Shown here piece after piece: positions 27,243 through 41,790 of a stretch of 64,000 nt of DNA. The notes beneath the pieces were generated by a model. That model had not been told where the DNA came from. It was given only the letters and a program-made list of their open reading frames with translations, and did no database searches. Each line of letters starts with the position of its first letter. Position 1 is the stretch's first letter. Origin of the DNA: the human T2T-CHM13v2.0 reference genome, Homo sapiens. The stretch lies in the NCBI RefSeq assembly GCF_009914755.1, contig NC_060932.1; one strand, 5' to 3'. A program made the position numbers and the translations under genes.

Positions 27243-27933
27243 CTGGAAAGAAGCGGAGGACAAGATGAGCGTCGCCAGGCCAACAGCTCCCACTGTGAAT
27301 GAAGTGCCAGGCATGGAGCCAGGTACACAAAGGTGTTCCTTGCCATGTGAGGATCAGAATCTCAGAAGGGAACAGCGACGAGGTGCACAGGCACAATGCA
27401 GCATGCTCAGTCTTCAACAGGTGGGAGTGGAGAGGCACTCCCCAGGGAGGGAGAGGCACAGCCAGCTCCACCTGGGGAGGCCCCATGAGCAATGACATTC
27501 GATCAGGCTCCTAAAGAAAGAGTAAGGGTGTGTCCAGCTGCCCAGAGAGAAGGGCATCAAGGGAGAGGGGCACACACAGATGAGACTGCAGGGGAATGGA
27601 CCACAGGGTGCTCAGGAAAGCGGAGCAGCTGCATCTTCCTTCCTGGAGAGGAGCAGCTGCATCTTCCTTCCTGGAGTGTGAGGTCTGCAGAAATTCAAGA
27701 GCTGAGCCAGAGAGGTTGCTGGCCCAGAATATCAAGGGTCTGGACCATCTCACAAGGACCTCAGACATAACCCTGAAAGTCAGGTGAGTCTGCAGGATGA
27801 TGGCCAGCAAAGTGCAGGATCTGCGTTGCAGAACTCCTAACTCTGTTTGGAGTGCCAAAGGCATTTTGGGGAGAATGCTAGAAAGAAAACTAGGGAAAAG
27901 TAAACCACTGGTCTTAAAAAGATTAAGGTTTTA

Positions 27934-28234
<301 letters not shown>

Positions 28235-28559
28235 TTAAGGTTTTAGCAATATTTAAACATTCAATAATGGGATATGTTAAAACAAATTAATAGATATATG
28301 AGGTACCCTACATTTTGCCTCTGATTAGCATAAATAAAACCTCAACAAGCAATAACACAAACATGTGTAACCAAATGTAAATGTGGCCTACTTCGTATAG
28401 CAGTAAAGAATTCAACAAGTAGCTTCTAATGGTGTAAACCTCCTCAGGGCATTACACCCACAGCCACTGTGGCTGAGTTCCCAGAAGTGCTGGCTCCTCC
28501 CAGAGCACTCTTGCACCTTTCCCTCTTAGATATTCCCCCTCCCCTCTATTCACTGCCAG

Positions 28560-29930
28560 CTCACCTGGAAACCTGTTCCCACTATGATGCCAAGCCAATG
28601 GCAGATTTTGGTCTGTATGTTACTGGATGACTGTACTGCATGTGACTCCATTAATAGTCCACACTTTGGAAATCTTCTGTTCCTTTGACTCTGCAACAAT
28701 ACCACCTCTCTGGGCCTCTCTATTCATTCTGAGTACCCCTGAGGCATTCCCTCTCACCAGGGCAGCTATCATTAGGCCCTGATGTTCCACAGTGTTCCAG
28801 CCCACACTCCTACTCTAAGTCTACAAGCATCCTTGCATATAACTGACCCTAACTGACCCCTTCAGACTTTTGTAAACCTTTGATGCCAAAATCAGCATCT
28901 TCTACTCTGATCTCTTCTCTGAATCTGAGACTTGAGTATCCAACTGCCTGCTAGACCAGCCACTTAGCTGTCCCAAATGTCCTAAGCTGGACACATCTTC
29001 TTCACCAAATGGCTTCCACCTCCAGCCTTCCCAGTTTATCATCCATCTGATCACCTACATCAGATACCCAGTAGCCTTCCTCAAAATCTTTATGGCCCTA
29101 ACTTACACTCACCTCATTTTTTCAGCACCTGATTTCATCTCCTAAATATTTCTCATGTCTGTCTATTTCTATTTCTAATACCTCCACACTGGTTTAGGTC
29201 CTCCTCATTTCTTTCTTAGACAACAGCAAAAGCCCCTAAGCTGGTTTCCTTGCCTTCATAAAACCCTACCAACCATCCATCCATCCATCCATCCATCCAT
29301 CCATCCATCCATCCATCAACCATAATCCACCCATCTATCCACACATGCATCCTGATGCCTCATCTTCTATCCAGATGATGTACAGCATAAACCATCCCAC
29401 AGTCTAGCCATCAGAACCAACCAATGGCCCCAACTTCAGAGCAAAGTTGACGTTCCAGAGCACAGCAGAGAAGGCCCTCCAGAATCAGAACCAACTCTCC
29501 CCAACCCACCCCACCCCTCTCTCTGACTTTCTCTTGTGCCTGCCCCTTCTGTATTTAGGCTCATAACACTGAACTCCTTGAGTTCTCCAAACTTTCTGCT
29601 TTGCCTTTGCAATCTCAGACCCCTGAGCCTTTGCTAACATTTTCCATGCCTGGAATGCACTGTCTCGCAGCATCTGGTCATTCTTCCTGTTAATTCAGAA
29701 CTCAAATTGAACACTCTGGTAATTGGGCCAAGAGGCAGCCCTCCATAGGCCCCCTACACACTGTCCACTTGCTTCAGTCTATGCCCCACCTCTACCGCCT
29801 TGTACAAGGCAGGGCTGCCTTCAGCTGCCCATGGGCAGGGACTACATCTTACTCATCTTGGTACCCCAGCACATGAGTGCACACACAGACTGAATATATT
29901 CCATGCATTTCATTAAACTGAACTGAGTGA
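28560..29930 (+). mobile_element. L2 fragments
   Basis: L2 motif GTATCCAACTGCCTGCTAGAC.. near 28935; pyrimidine-rich plus strand; tail-like ACTGAACTGA. Boundaries approximate. Confidence 0.6.
29273..29316 (+). repeat. (CCAT)11 microsatellite
   Basis: Direct count. Confidence 0.95.
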
Positions 29931-32900
29931 AAATTTTGTACATCTTATATGAACATCAGCCTCAATAACAGCAGCAAAAGGAAACAAATATTAATACCAC
30001 AGTTGTATCTATTATTCCAGGTGAATGAACCCAAAATTCTAAATTTTATTAATTCTGCAAGCCCAAAGTGTAAGGAAACTTTTTCACTTGTAAGTCACAC
30101 AAGTTACAATTAGAGAGCAATTAGAACTTAAAAAAAATACAGTAACATCTTCTTTCAAACACAGGGCCACACATTTCTACACAGTTCCAGTTGAATCTCA
30201 GTTAAACACACTTCTCCACTGACACATGGCTCATGTGCATACAGCATCATTATTCTGGGCAGCCTGGGCAAAACTGTGCTGTGTTCTTCACCACTAGAGT
30301 GGGGGAAGCAGAGCTGATGGAACCATTCTCTAAGTTGATAAATATTCTGTCATTCATTGTCAAACACTTGGGTCAAAGAGTAACAGATTAAGAGCTAAAA
30401 AAGAGTCCTAAAATGAATAAATGGAACTGCCTCATTTGAAATCAAGAGTCAGCCTTTTATGGATGTACTTCCAAGGCTCTGCAAGAGACAAGAAAAGAAG
30501 GCAGAAGCTAAAAGCCATCCCTTACTGAAGCATCAGAGCCCTGGCAATAAATATTACTAATGTTTTCAGCAACCACTGCCAGCACCTATCAAACAGGCCT
30601 GGGAGGGCATCTGACATAATTATTTGCTGCCTAATTAAAATAATGGGATGCAGATTCATGACTAATCATAAAAGAGCAATACTTTGAGACCATCAGATGG
30701 CTTTCTATCAAGAGACTTCTGAGACTTACAAGCAGAGTCAACTGCAAAACCTAGTATTTACTCGAGGTGAGATTGACCTCAGAGTGCTGGGAGATGCACA
30801 TCGAATGGCTGTACGTGGATGCGAATCTCCCAGAATCCCAGGGGAAGAAAAGAATGATTACAAAGAAAAGAGGTTGACTGATAAAAAGTAATGCCTTTTC
30901 CCTAAAATATACCTGGCTAGGTCTACTCACTGGACTACTAGGCATCATGAGTTGCACTGGGGCATGACGTGTAAAATCTTACCATGCACCAAAAACCCAG
31001 GAGGTGGGCAGTGTCACCCTTTCATGGATGAGGACCTGGTATCAAGACTCTGAGTACTTGCCAGATCACGAAGCTTCAAATAAGCTTCAAATATAAGCTT
31101 ATTTGAAAATACAGCTTATATTTTCAAATAAGTGGCAGAGCCCAGATTTGGCCCTCAGTCTGTTGACCCCAACACCCCCATTCACAGCCACATAAGAATC
31201 TTTTCAGCTAATAAGGGTGTGATACAATTTCCGAAATGGAAGGAGGAATTTATACCAGCAATGGCATATCTGTGCCACTAACACATAAGGTGACTGCCCA
31301 TCAGAAGGTGACTACCCATCAGAAAAGACTGCCCAAGAAGAGCCAGTTGCAGGGGAACTATGTTCTCTTTCTGGCCCTGTCCTGCTCACCCTGAGTGACC
31401 CTGGGTTCTTTCTTCTATGCTACTCAGAGGCCCCATTAGAAAAATGGGGAGGTAATCCCCATCTGCTGTGAGGATGGGCTCAGGGACTGGGCCTGCAAGC
31501 ATCTGAAAAGCAGCCCCCTGAAGGATGAGGCTGCGGGTGCATACAGGTGACCCCACAGTGGACCTTTCAGCTGAGTGCAGTGCCCTCCAGACCTGTACCT
31601 CCCTGACACTCCCTGAGACAATCCAAATATTCAGTTCTAATTAAGCCAGCCTAAATCAGTATACCTAAAACAAAAAGCATAAAAGCAGAGCAAAGGAAAA
31701 GGTTTGTACAACTATATCAAAGTGTAAGTAAGCAGTTATAACAGCAGAGTTTACAGAAAACCTCCTGCTCCTCTTCCCAGCACCCTATCTGGCCTCACCT
31801 CCACCCAGAGCAAAAGCCAAGAGCTTCACAGTGGCTGCAGGGCACAGGGGTGTATGACTCCCTGTCACCTCTCAGAGCTCATGTACTGCCTTCACCTCTC
31901 TCCACTCCATAGACACAGTCCACGCACCTACCTCCGGGCCTCTGCACCTGCTGTTCCCAGAGCCCGGGGTGTCCATCCCAGATATGCTGTGCTCTGCTGC
32001 CTCATCTCCCTCAAGTCTCTGTTCAAATGTCACCTTCACACTGAGTCCTTTCAGACCATTCTGTTTAAAATCAGTCCCTGTGCCCCTTTACTGATTCATT
32101 TTTAGCATTTCTCAGCCTATATTTTCATACTGAAATGGAATCATTTCATATTTGTATTTTTATTTTCATCTCTCAATTTTCTTAATATTTTAGATGTACT
32201 CATATTTCCATTGTAATATACCACACACTTTGCTGATTTATAGTGTTTGTTATCCATCTCACTCACGAGAATTTTCGCCTCATGACAGTGGAGATTTTGG
32301 GTTTGGGCTTTGGTTGCAATCACCGAAGCAGTGCACTGATTCACCTTTGGTTGGTCCATCTGGCACCCTTGCAGGTTGTGGGTACTTTGAGACAAGACTG
32401 CAATTTTCATGCCATGTCCTCAGTGCTTGGAGGTGAGAGCATCCTGGAGGTAAGGCTAGCAGTTAATTTACAGGAGCACCCCATTCAGAAGTCTGTTCAG
32501 CCACCCTTTCTCCCCTCCTCATAATCAACATGGTCACACAGGGCATCACAAGGGCCAGTGATATGTCGTCATACCCACCATCTCCCCACCCAAAGTCATA
32601 GGAGATTGGACTACAGTGGACAAGAGACTCTAGCTGAGCCAGGAATCAGAACTGTCCAGATATGAAGCTTGCAACTCAGCAGTGGATGGGAGTTGTGTTT
32701 TCACTCTGTGGGTGAAACAAGTAAGCAAGCCAATCTGCTGGGGGTGAGAGGAGAGCACAGCGAAGACAGACAGAGACAGGACATCAGAATGAAGTAAGGA
32801 AGCAGAGAGGACCAAAGGTGGAGGATGAAGACAATCTCCTGGCTGGCTGTGTCCATTCACTCAGCGAGCATTCACGGAGGGGCTGCTGGGTGCCAGGACC

Positions 32901-34749
32901 ATGCCTGATCCCAGGAGATGAGAGTGGACAAGACAGCAAAGGCCCTGCCTCTGGCACTCATCACCTAAATGGACAACCAGCAAGTAGTCCAACAAATAAT
33001 TACCAACTGCAACACGCCACGAAGGACAAAGGCAAGGAGCCATGGTGGAGCATGAGGGAGTGTGGAAGAGGTGTGGCCATGTGGCCAGGCTGTCAGGGAA
33101 GGCCTCTGTGAGGAAGTGACGTTATACTAAGATGGAAGGATGAGGAGGACCAGCCGCATGAGGAAGAGGTGAACACAGCACTGGGAAGAAGGAACTCAAA
33201 CACAAAGGCTCTGAGTCTCTGTAAGATCCCAGGTAACTTTACCATAAATGCCCCGTGGCGACTTCTGTGACCTCAAATGAGTTTCTGTCAACTGCAACCA
33301 ATATGAGTTTCTGTCAGCTGCAACCAAGAGTCCAAGAAGTATAGCTGTTGAATGAACCAGTGAATGTATGACTATGAAACACCAAGACCCCAGAAACCAG
33401 GCAAAAATAGGTCTTGACCAAACAGCGTTCTCTAGAGAGGACAGAATGAGACTTAATTAACTGAAAAAAGTCCAATTACAGCACACTCTCCTACACAGCA
33501 CTATGAACCAAAGCTACAAATGCTTTATGACCATTAACTCATTTAACTGTCACAATACCTGTTTGACTTTATGAGCTATCATATAAATAAAAAGTATAAC
33601 ATGGTAAGATTTGATACCCATTAAACTAAGAAACTAGACATTTTTAGTAACACAGTGTTAAAAATGGAAGAGTTAAGCTGGGACACTTTCTTATTTCTGG
33701 TACAATTTTTTGGAAAGGAAGTTGGCAGTGCAATGCACAATTAAAACCACCAAAACAAAATAGCCATCCCGCTCCTGGAAATGTGTCCTAAGGAGTTAAT
33801 TCAAAAGAAGACAAAGTTTACATGCAAGAAAGAAGCCCCTGCCACATAAGTTAAAATAATGGGAGGAAAAATGAAAATAACACATTGTCCGAAAATAAGG
33901 GAATGGTTACACAACTCATGGATCACCTTAGTGCATCATACAACTCTTAAACTTGTTATTAATGAACTGTACAGCAACGAAGAATTATTATAATATTAAT
34001 TTCAAGGCTGTAAGAATGATATCCTTTCATTACAACTATACAGCCATTCCATATGAGCATGAATAAAGATTTTTAAAGAATCATTTATTTGTTAGGTGAT
34101 AGAATTGTGGGCATACTTGTAGGAAGCAGTTGGATTTTTATGAACATTGTTTTCGTGCTGTCTGTGCTCTAACAGAAAAGCATTTCAGATAATTAGCACC
34201 CATCTCTGAAAGGCTGAGATGTTTCATCCGCTACTGCACACAAACCAGAAGACAGATCTTTCAACGCAGAGCCATAAAATGATACCAATGGCTTCTGAAC
34301 CTGAAAGTTCACTGTCTTTTAAAAAACAGCCCCCCAGCCTTGACTGGCTACGCACTGACTTACGGGTGCTCTTTCTGACCAAGCATCTTTCTCCCTCTTC
34401 TTCACAAAAAAGAGCCAGTGGCCTAATTGTGCGAATAATCTCAGGAGTAGTCGCTTCTTTTCCTCTTGGGCAGGATTTAATTTCTGTAAGCAGTCAAATG
34501 TCATTCTGAGCCACACCTTGTAAATAAGGACAAAGCAAAGCTGAGTCATACCACTTTTTGGAGAAACACTCTTGCAGAACACATGCTCCAAGCTGACTGC
34601 AAGAATATTGCCACGGTGGGGAAAAAAAAAAAAGCTGACTGTGGGAACAAAGACTTCCTGGTCAGAAATTGCAGAATTTAGAATCTCATTTCCTTATGAA
34701 ATTCTTTATTTGACCCACAGGCCCAGATGGTAAAATGGTAAAACTCAAA

Positions 34750-35130
34750 ATCATAACAACCTAGATGAATCTCACAAGCACAATGTGAAAAGGAAGAAGC
34801 CAGACATAAAAGAACACATATTGTATGAATCAACTCTATGAAGTTCAAAGACAGAGAAAAGCAAGTTATGCTGCTAGAAGTCAGGGCAGTAAGTAGTTAC
34901 CTCTGGGGAGGAGAGACAGGCAATAATGTTGCAGGAGGAAGAAATTGCCAAGAGGCTGGCAGTGTGCTGTTTCTTCTCCTAAGCTGCAGTTACACAGGTG
35001 TGCCTCCTTTGTAACAATCCATTGAGCTGTACACTCCTGAACTGTGCATGTGTGCGTGTATGTGTGCATGTGTGTGTGTGCCGTGTGTGTGTGTACGTGT
35101 TACTTTAATTTAAAAAACGTAAAAATAAAA
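34750..35130 (+). mobile_element. L1M 3' end containing a (TG)n-like tract at about 35045-35099
   Basis: GATGAATCTCACAAGCACAATGTGAAAAGGAAGAAGCCAGACATAAAAG motif; A-rich end. Confidence 0.7.
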
Positions 35131-36966
35131 ATAACACAACAAAACAAGAACCTTCCTTGGAAGGTTCTTGAGAATCGGCAACAAATTCGTTTAAGAAAGG
35201 AAAGATGTGTCGTGTAGTTCAAAGATAAACTTTGAAGACTGTATGGCAGTTTGTAGACTTATGCAGGCTGATGTTGCTGGTGGAGGGAAAGGGATCCCAT
35301 CAGTGTTCCTGGCCCTGTAGTTTTCAGTTAGACATCTTTCTGAGTGCCAGGCTTGCTGGAGGTTTCCACTGCAGACACCGCAGCTCTTTCTGGAAATACA
35401 GTGTTTCACTAGCAGCTCCATTTCCCTTAAAAAATGTGTGATCTGGTTGAACTCTCCTTCAAAGATGGGGATGCAGGCACGAAAATGTCATTTCCATTGT
35501 TTCTGTTCATCTCTCCAAAGGTGAGGCATATCTTTGCAAAATCTCTCTCCACTTTCAAGTGTTCTTTTGGAAGGAGCCTCTTTCTTTGCCTAAGCATGAG
35601 TGCTGGGACTGCATGTCCATGACTGATGAAGCAAAGCTGACCTCTGTCCTTTGCAGCGCTGCCTGGGCCTGGCAACTGGATGCTGGCTGAATTCAAAGAT
35701 CACCAGACAGTGAAAACCAGCACAGGGTCTGGAGTCAGAGAATCTGAGCTCTGCTCTTTACTCCAGCCTTACCCAGGTAAAACATTACCCACGTTGTCCT
35801 GTTAGAAAGGGAAGAGGGGACTTGAAAATAGGAGAAGGAAAGAAGAAACAGGAGTACTTGTTATCCTAGCTCAGGTTAGAGAGATGTGACCGACCAAACC
35901 TACGAGAGTTCGAACTTCGCTTCCCGTTGACTCTCCACGTTGAAGGAAGGAGAGGGGGATGTCAATGTGGTAGGTGGGGGAGCCAGCAGGGTACCTGCCT
36001 TGCTGAAGCCCCTGGGCTCAAGCAGGAAGTTATTCCCAGCTGGATATGGAAGCACAAAGGCACCCATGTCGCCCTAGACCTCTGAAGCTCAGCTGCAAGG
36101 GAGCCACACTCTGAGCTCCCATTCTCTGCTCCTGAAAAGAAAGGCAATCGCTCCTGGCCTCCCGGCAGCTGTGGGCAGGCCACCGTGGGATCTATGAAGC
36201 CCCAGCCTGGCGACTTGGCACTAACAGTATGTGCGGCACCTGTTGTTCCCTTTGTTTCTTACTATAGCCTCATCTGCTTGGTGACTTTCCCTGAGGATGA
36301 CTCCAGCTGCTTGCTTACTTTAGATAGAGTTCTATGTAAAACTAAGAAGGAATGGAATGGTAGGAAAGAAAAAAACTTAAAACGTCACCTTCAGCTTTTG
36401 GCATTTGGATTCCATCAGAACACAGAGAGAGACGGCAATGAAAAATTCCTTGGGATTTAAGGCAACTTGTTTGAAGTATCTGCTAAATTAAATCATCCTT
36501 GCCAAATCAAATTTTATGTGCACCTCAAACCTGAAAGAGCTCTAAAGTACTTAGAGGAAAGAATTTCTATAAATCTCAACTGTTATTAGTAATACTATTC
36601 TAGAGGCATAAAAGTAAAAATGCCTCCTTATGACTGTTTATCCAGTCTTACTGAAAAAGGTGGTATTTTACATAAGTAAATTTTCAAGAGTTTTTAGAAA
36701 ATTGACTTTACCTTTTTTTCAGAAAACTGACTTTTACCCTTTCCAACAGTGATACTCTTTAAATATTAACTATTGCACTGTGCCTTCCTAATAGGAGAAT
36801 ATTTGAAAAAAAAAAGTGACTTAATCTTTCCTAATGATGTAAATTAACTGCTACAGATATCCATTCTTATACTGTGTCATTAAGAGCTACTGGTTCATGC
36901 ACCAGAGGAATGGGTACATGAGCTGACATCCATAGTATGAACCCAATTAATCTTCCTGCAACCCCA

Positions 36967-37437
36967 TGCTGTGGGTTGATAATGGCCCTCCCAAAGATAT
37001 CCAGGTTCTAATCCCCAGAACCTATACATGCTATCATATATGGAAAAAAAATAAAAAGGAGTTTGCAGATGTGATTAAGCTAAAGATCTTGAGCTGGGGA
37101 CTAGCCTGGCCTATCCAGGTAGTCCTAGTGAAATCACAAGGGTCCTTATAAAAGGAAGGCAGGAGGCTTAAAGTCAGAGAAGGAGTGTGGTGATGGAAGC
37201 AGGGACAGAAGAGATGGGAAGATGCTGGACTGCTGGCTTTGAATGTGAAGGAAAAGGTCCATAAGCCACAGGATGCAGAGACAGGTTCCCCTCCAGAGTT
37301 CCCAGAAGGAATGCAGCCAGGCTGACACCTTGATTTTAGATCGCTGACCTCCAGAGCTGCAACATAATACATCTGTGTTGATCTAGGTCGCTAACTTTGT
37401 GGTAATTTGTTACAGGAGTCACGGGGAAACATGTAAC
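36967..37437 (+). mobile_element. MaLR solo LTR (MLT1D-like)
   Basis: GATAATGGCCCTCCCAAAGATATCCAGGTTCTAATCCCCAGAACC start; GTGGTAATTTGTTACAG end motif. Confidence 0.82.
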
Positions 37438-39950
37438 TTCCATGTTACAAATGGGGATCACTGTTCAAGACTGTTCAGGCAAGAAGTGATTCCAGCCTGG
37501 GCCTGCCTCTGGAGCACAAGGTTTTCCCTACTCTACCTCCTCGCTTCTCCATGTAGCCCAGCACACAGAGGTTTGCTGCTTCATGTAAGAAAAGCGTCCT
37601 GCAGGAAGCATAACAGGCATTTTGCAGCAAGTGTTTTGCAAAGCACACATCTTCACAGTTCTAGCATCTGTGGTGATTTATGCAGTGGCAAATCGAACAG
37701 AAATAGCTACAGCAATAAAAATACAGTTAAAGAAGTCTCTGTACTTTAAAGGCTGAACTTCAAGCAACTGCAGACTTAGGGCCTGATGATTCTCTGTAAT
37801 TAGTACATCAGTTTTGATATAAGGAGGGATGGATCAGCATAAGACAGAGGTGGAAAGAAACCGAAGGCAGCACAAAGCCACATAAAGGACAGAGCACAGC
37901 ACCAGGGCTAGATGAAAGTTACAGACACTGTGCCAGACATTTGCAGCTGAGACCCTCTACCTGGTGAGGTTTTAGGTGGCCAAGCCTCATTAAAAAGTTA
38001 AATCTGTATATCAATCTAAGCTAATTGCTCAGTAAGCTGCGTAGTTCATTTTATAGTATGGGCCCACTTATTCCCAGTGGATCTTGTGGTTTATAAAAAC
38101 CTGAGAAAAAGAGCTACATATGAACACCAACAGGGTGAACCTATTAAACAGTATTTGTGGGCCCTGAAATTAGCCCTGCCTTCTCCTGCCCACCACCCAG
38201 ACTCCAGCCCAGTGATAAGCAACAGAAATCTACCATGTTCATCCAGTAGCCACACTTCCACACCTGCCTCTTCACCTTTTCTCCAAGGGCAAGTAGGAGG
38301 AGGAACAAAAGGGAAAAGGATGCAGTGGAAAGACCAGTCTCACTGAAGTCTCGCAAGTTAACCTTGTAAGATCAATCCAGCTAGGTGCTCAGGGACCATT
38401 TTCTATTTACTTCCTGGTTCTGTTTTTAGAAGCAAAAGGCCATGGAGCTACTTTATCCTAGAGTGGCTTTGCTTTTTAGAGGACAGTGGAGGAAAACAAA
38501 ACAAAACTCCATACTTAGATCTCCTAGAATATTTTAATTTGCAGCCATGAGATCTCTTATCATAAATTGAAGAAGGGACAGAAAAAAAGGGTACTTACTC
38601 CACTCAAACCTAATTTCCATACTCAACTCTCCACTTGTCTATTACAAGAGTGCTTGAAGCCTGGATAATTCTTTTCAAATTTTACCCAAAAACTTCTTAA
38701 TTAAAATGTACAGGGGCAGTTTGGATCAGGGGGAGGGGAGAGACCCAAAGGAATTAGAAATAAACTCCAAAGACTTTTATTATTTCATGATTTAAGGATT
38801 CCTGTTTGATTACATAACATAAAGGCACTGTACAGCTTAACCTTCCCCATCTGCTATGGGTGGGCAGAATCGTGTATAAACCTCCAGACAGCACATCATG
38901 TCTAGGGCTTTTTAAAGTCAAAAGTGGGAAACTACATTACAGCATGATCTTTGCATTAAATTCTTACATCCTGTTGGCATACACACAAAGGGTTTAATCG
39001 AGCCCTTTATAGATCAATTTCTCTCTTTGTACATATTGACTGGCAAACTTTTTTAACTGAAACCTTCACCCAGAATGAGCTATCTTTTCTAAGGTACAGT
39101 AATGAGTTCCTTTGGGAAACAGGAATGCCACAGATAGGGATCTATCACTTTAAGCCAGCAAATGTGAAAAATTGGATTCACAAGTAGGTAGAAGAAAGGG
39201 TAATTGTAATTATTCAATTCCTTTTTACTTCATTAAAAAATGCCCAAGAAGATTCATTTAATGGTGAGTTCCTTGACCATATTTTAAAATACCTAATTCA
39301 CAAGCATTTGATTTAACAGAATGATCTAAGATGAAATGGAGAAAATCACTGACACTTTGTGAGTACTACTATATCGCAACCACTTCATGCAAGGCACTTT
39401 ACATTTTCCACTCATTCAATAAACACAAATTTATTGAGTGCCTATGATAAGCCAAGCCCTGTTCTAAGTGCTGAGGATACAAAATAAATGTAGTAAGTCG
39501 AAAATCTCTGCTTGTGAAGCTTACAATCTAGTGGAAGACACAAAACATCATAAATAAGGAAATTATACAGTACACTGGAGAAGGGTTGGTTTAAAGAGAA
39601 AGTAAAAAACATGAAAGAGAGTATGAAGTAATTAGTGGGACAGTTCCAGTAACAGAGACAAAAAAGTAGTAAATAAGGAAACTATATAATGCACTAGAGA
39701 AAGATAAGCCAAGGAGAGCAGCACAGGAAGCCACGGGCGTCTGGATTACTTGGTGGGGTATGGAGACCTTCCATACGTGAGCACCTAGGGAAGACTCATT
39801 CAGAGTGACTCGTCAATAAAGACCTCCAGGACATGAAGGAGGTATCCATTCAGACAGGGGGAAAGAACACTCCAGGAGGAGGGAAGGGCCAAAGCAAAAC
39901 CCTTGAGATGAGCACATACCTGGCAGGTGTGAGGAACAAGAATGAAGATA

Positions 39951-40429
<479 letters not shown>

Positions 40430-40717
40430 TCACTGGCTGTTCTGTTGAGAATGGACTTGTGGGGACCAGGAGAGGTTCTAGGGAAAGCAGTTAGGAGGCT
40501 ACTGCAAGAATGGAGGCAGGAGATGACAGTGGCCAGTACAAAAAGGATGGCATGAGGGTGTTGAGAAGCGGGAGAACTCCAGATCATGTTAAAGACAGAA
40601 CGCACAGGATTTGCTAATGGATCATGTGTGGGGTATGAATGAGACAGTCAAGACTGACCCAATGCTTTTGACTTGAGCAAAGGAAAAGGAGTAGCCATTT
40701 CCCAAGATGGGGTACAG

Positions 40718-40897
40718 CAGGGGTTGGCAGCCTATGCCCAAGCACCAAATTTAGCCTACTTCCTGCTTTTGTACCGAAGTCTGGCTTTTACACTTTTCAA
40801 AGTTCGTAAAAATAAAAACTACAAAAAAGAGAAAACTGGATGTGGCACTCAAAGCCAAAAATACTTACAATCTCTTTACAAACTTTGGCAACCCCTG
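40718..40897. mobile_element. hAT-Charlie MITE (MER58-like)
   Basis: TIRs CAGGGGTTGGCA and TGGCAACCCCTG (one mismatch). Confidence 0.72.
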
Positions 40898-41069
40898 GGC
40901 CATAAGAGACCGGGTCTAGGGACGAAGATTGGGAGCTTAATGTTGAGCACGCTAAGCTTGGGGGGCCAGGTGGGCATCCAAATGCAGATGTTGAGTGGGC
41001 AGTTTCAGACATGGCAGTGCCAAGGCTGGGAGGAACAAGAGGGCTGGAAATACAAGTTTGGAAGCCTTC

Positions 41070-41422
41070 TGTATTAGTCCGTTTTCAAACTGCTGATAAA
41101 GACATACCTGAGTCTAGGTAATTTATAAAGAAAAAGAAGTTTAACGATTCACAGTTCCATGTAGCTGGGGAGGCCTCACAATCGTGGTGAAAGGCACATC
41201 TTATATGGTGGCAAGCAAGAGAAAATGGAGAGCCAAGAGAAAGGGGAAACCCCTTATAAAACCATCAGATCTCGTGAGACTTACCCCTAGCACGAGAACA
41301 GTATGGGGGAAACTGCCCCCATGATTCAATTATCTCCCACTGGGTCCCTCCCACATCACATGAGAATTATGGGAGCTACAATTCAAGATGAGATTTGGGC
41401 GGAGACACAGCCAAACCATACA
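41070..41422 (-). mobile_element. THE1 (MaLR) solo LTR, same orientation as ZFAT
   Basis: TGTATTAGTCCGTTTTC...GCTGATAAAGACATACC start and GAGATTTGGG..GACACAGCCAAACCATA end. TSD CCTTC/TCTTC. Confidence 0.92.
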
Positions 41423-41492
41423 TCTTCTATCTAAATGGTGTTTAAAGCCATAAGACTGCGGGGATCACCTAAGGTGTCAAGAAAAAAAGAAC

Positions 41493-41790
41493 ACATGGTG
41501 GCTCATGCCTGTAACCCCAGCACTTTGGGAGGCCACGGCAGACAGATCGCTTGAGGTCAGGAGTTCAAGACCAGCCTGGCCAACATGGCGAAACCCCATC
41601 TCTACCAAAAACACAAAAATTAGCTGGGTATGGTGGCACATGCCTGTAATCCCAGCTATGGTGGGAGGCTGAGGCACAAGAATCACTTGAACCCAGGAGG
41701 TGGGGTTCAGTGAGCTGGGATTGCACCACTGCACTCCAGCCTAGCTGACAAAGTGAGACTCTGACACAGGGAACAAAAAAAAAAAAAAAA
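41493..41790 (+). mobile_element. Alu (slightly 5'-truncated, AluJ/S-like)
   Basis: Two arms, poly(A), AAAAAAAGAACA on both sides. Confidence 0.92.

Noticed and set aside
27091-27498. 135-aa minus-strand ORF
   Set aside because: Only 27154-27242 is exon; the flanks are intronic extensions beyond clear splice sites.
27622-27676. 28-bp tandem duplication upstream of exon 11 (similar short duplications near 31288 and 58277)
   Set aside because: Ordinary slippage duplications with no evidence of function.
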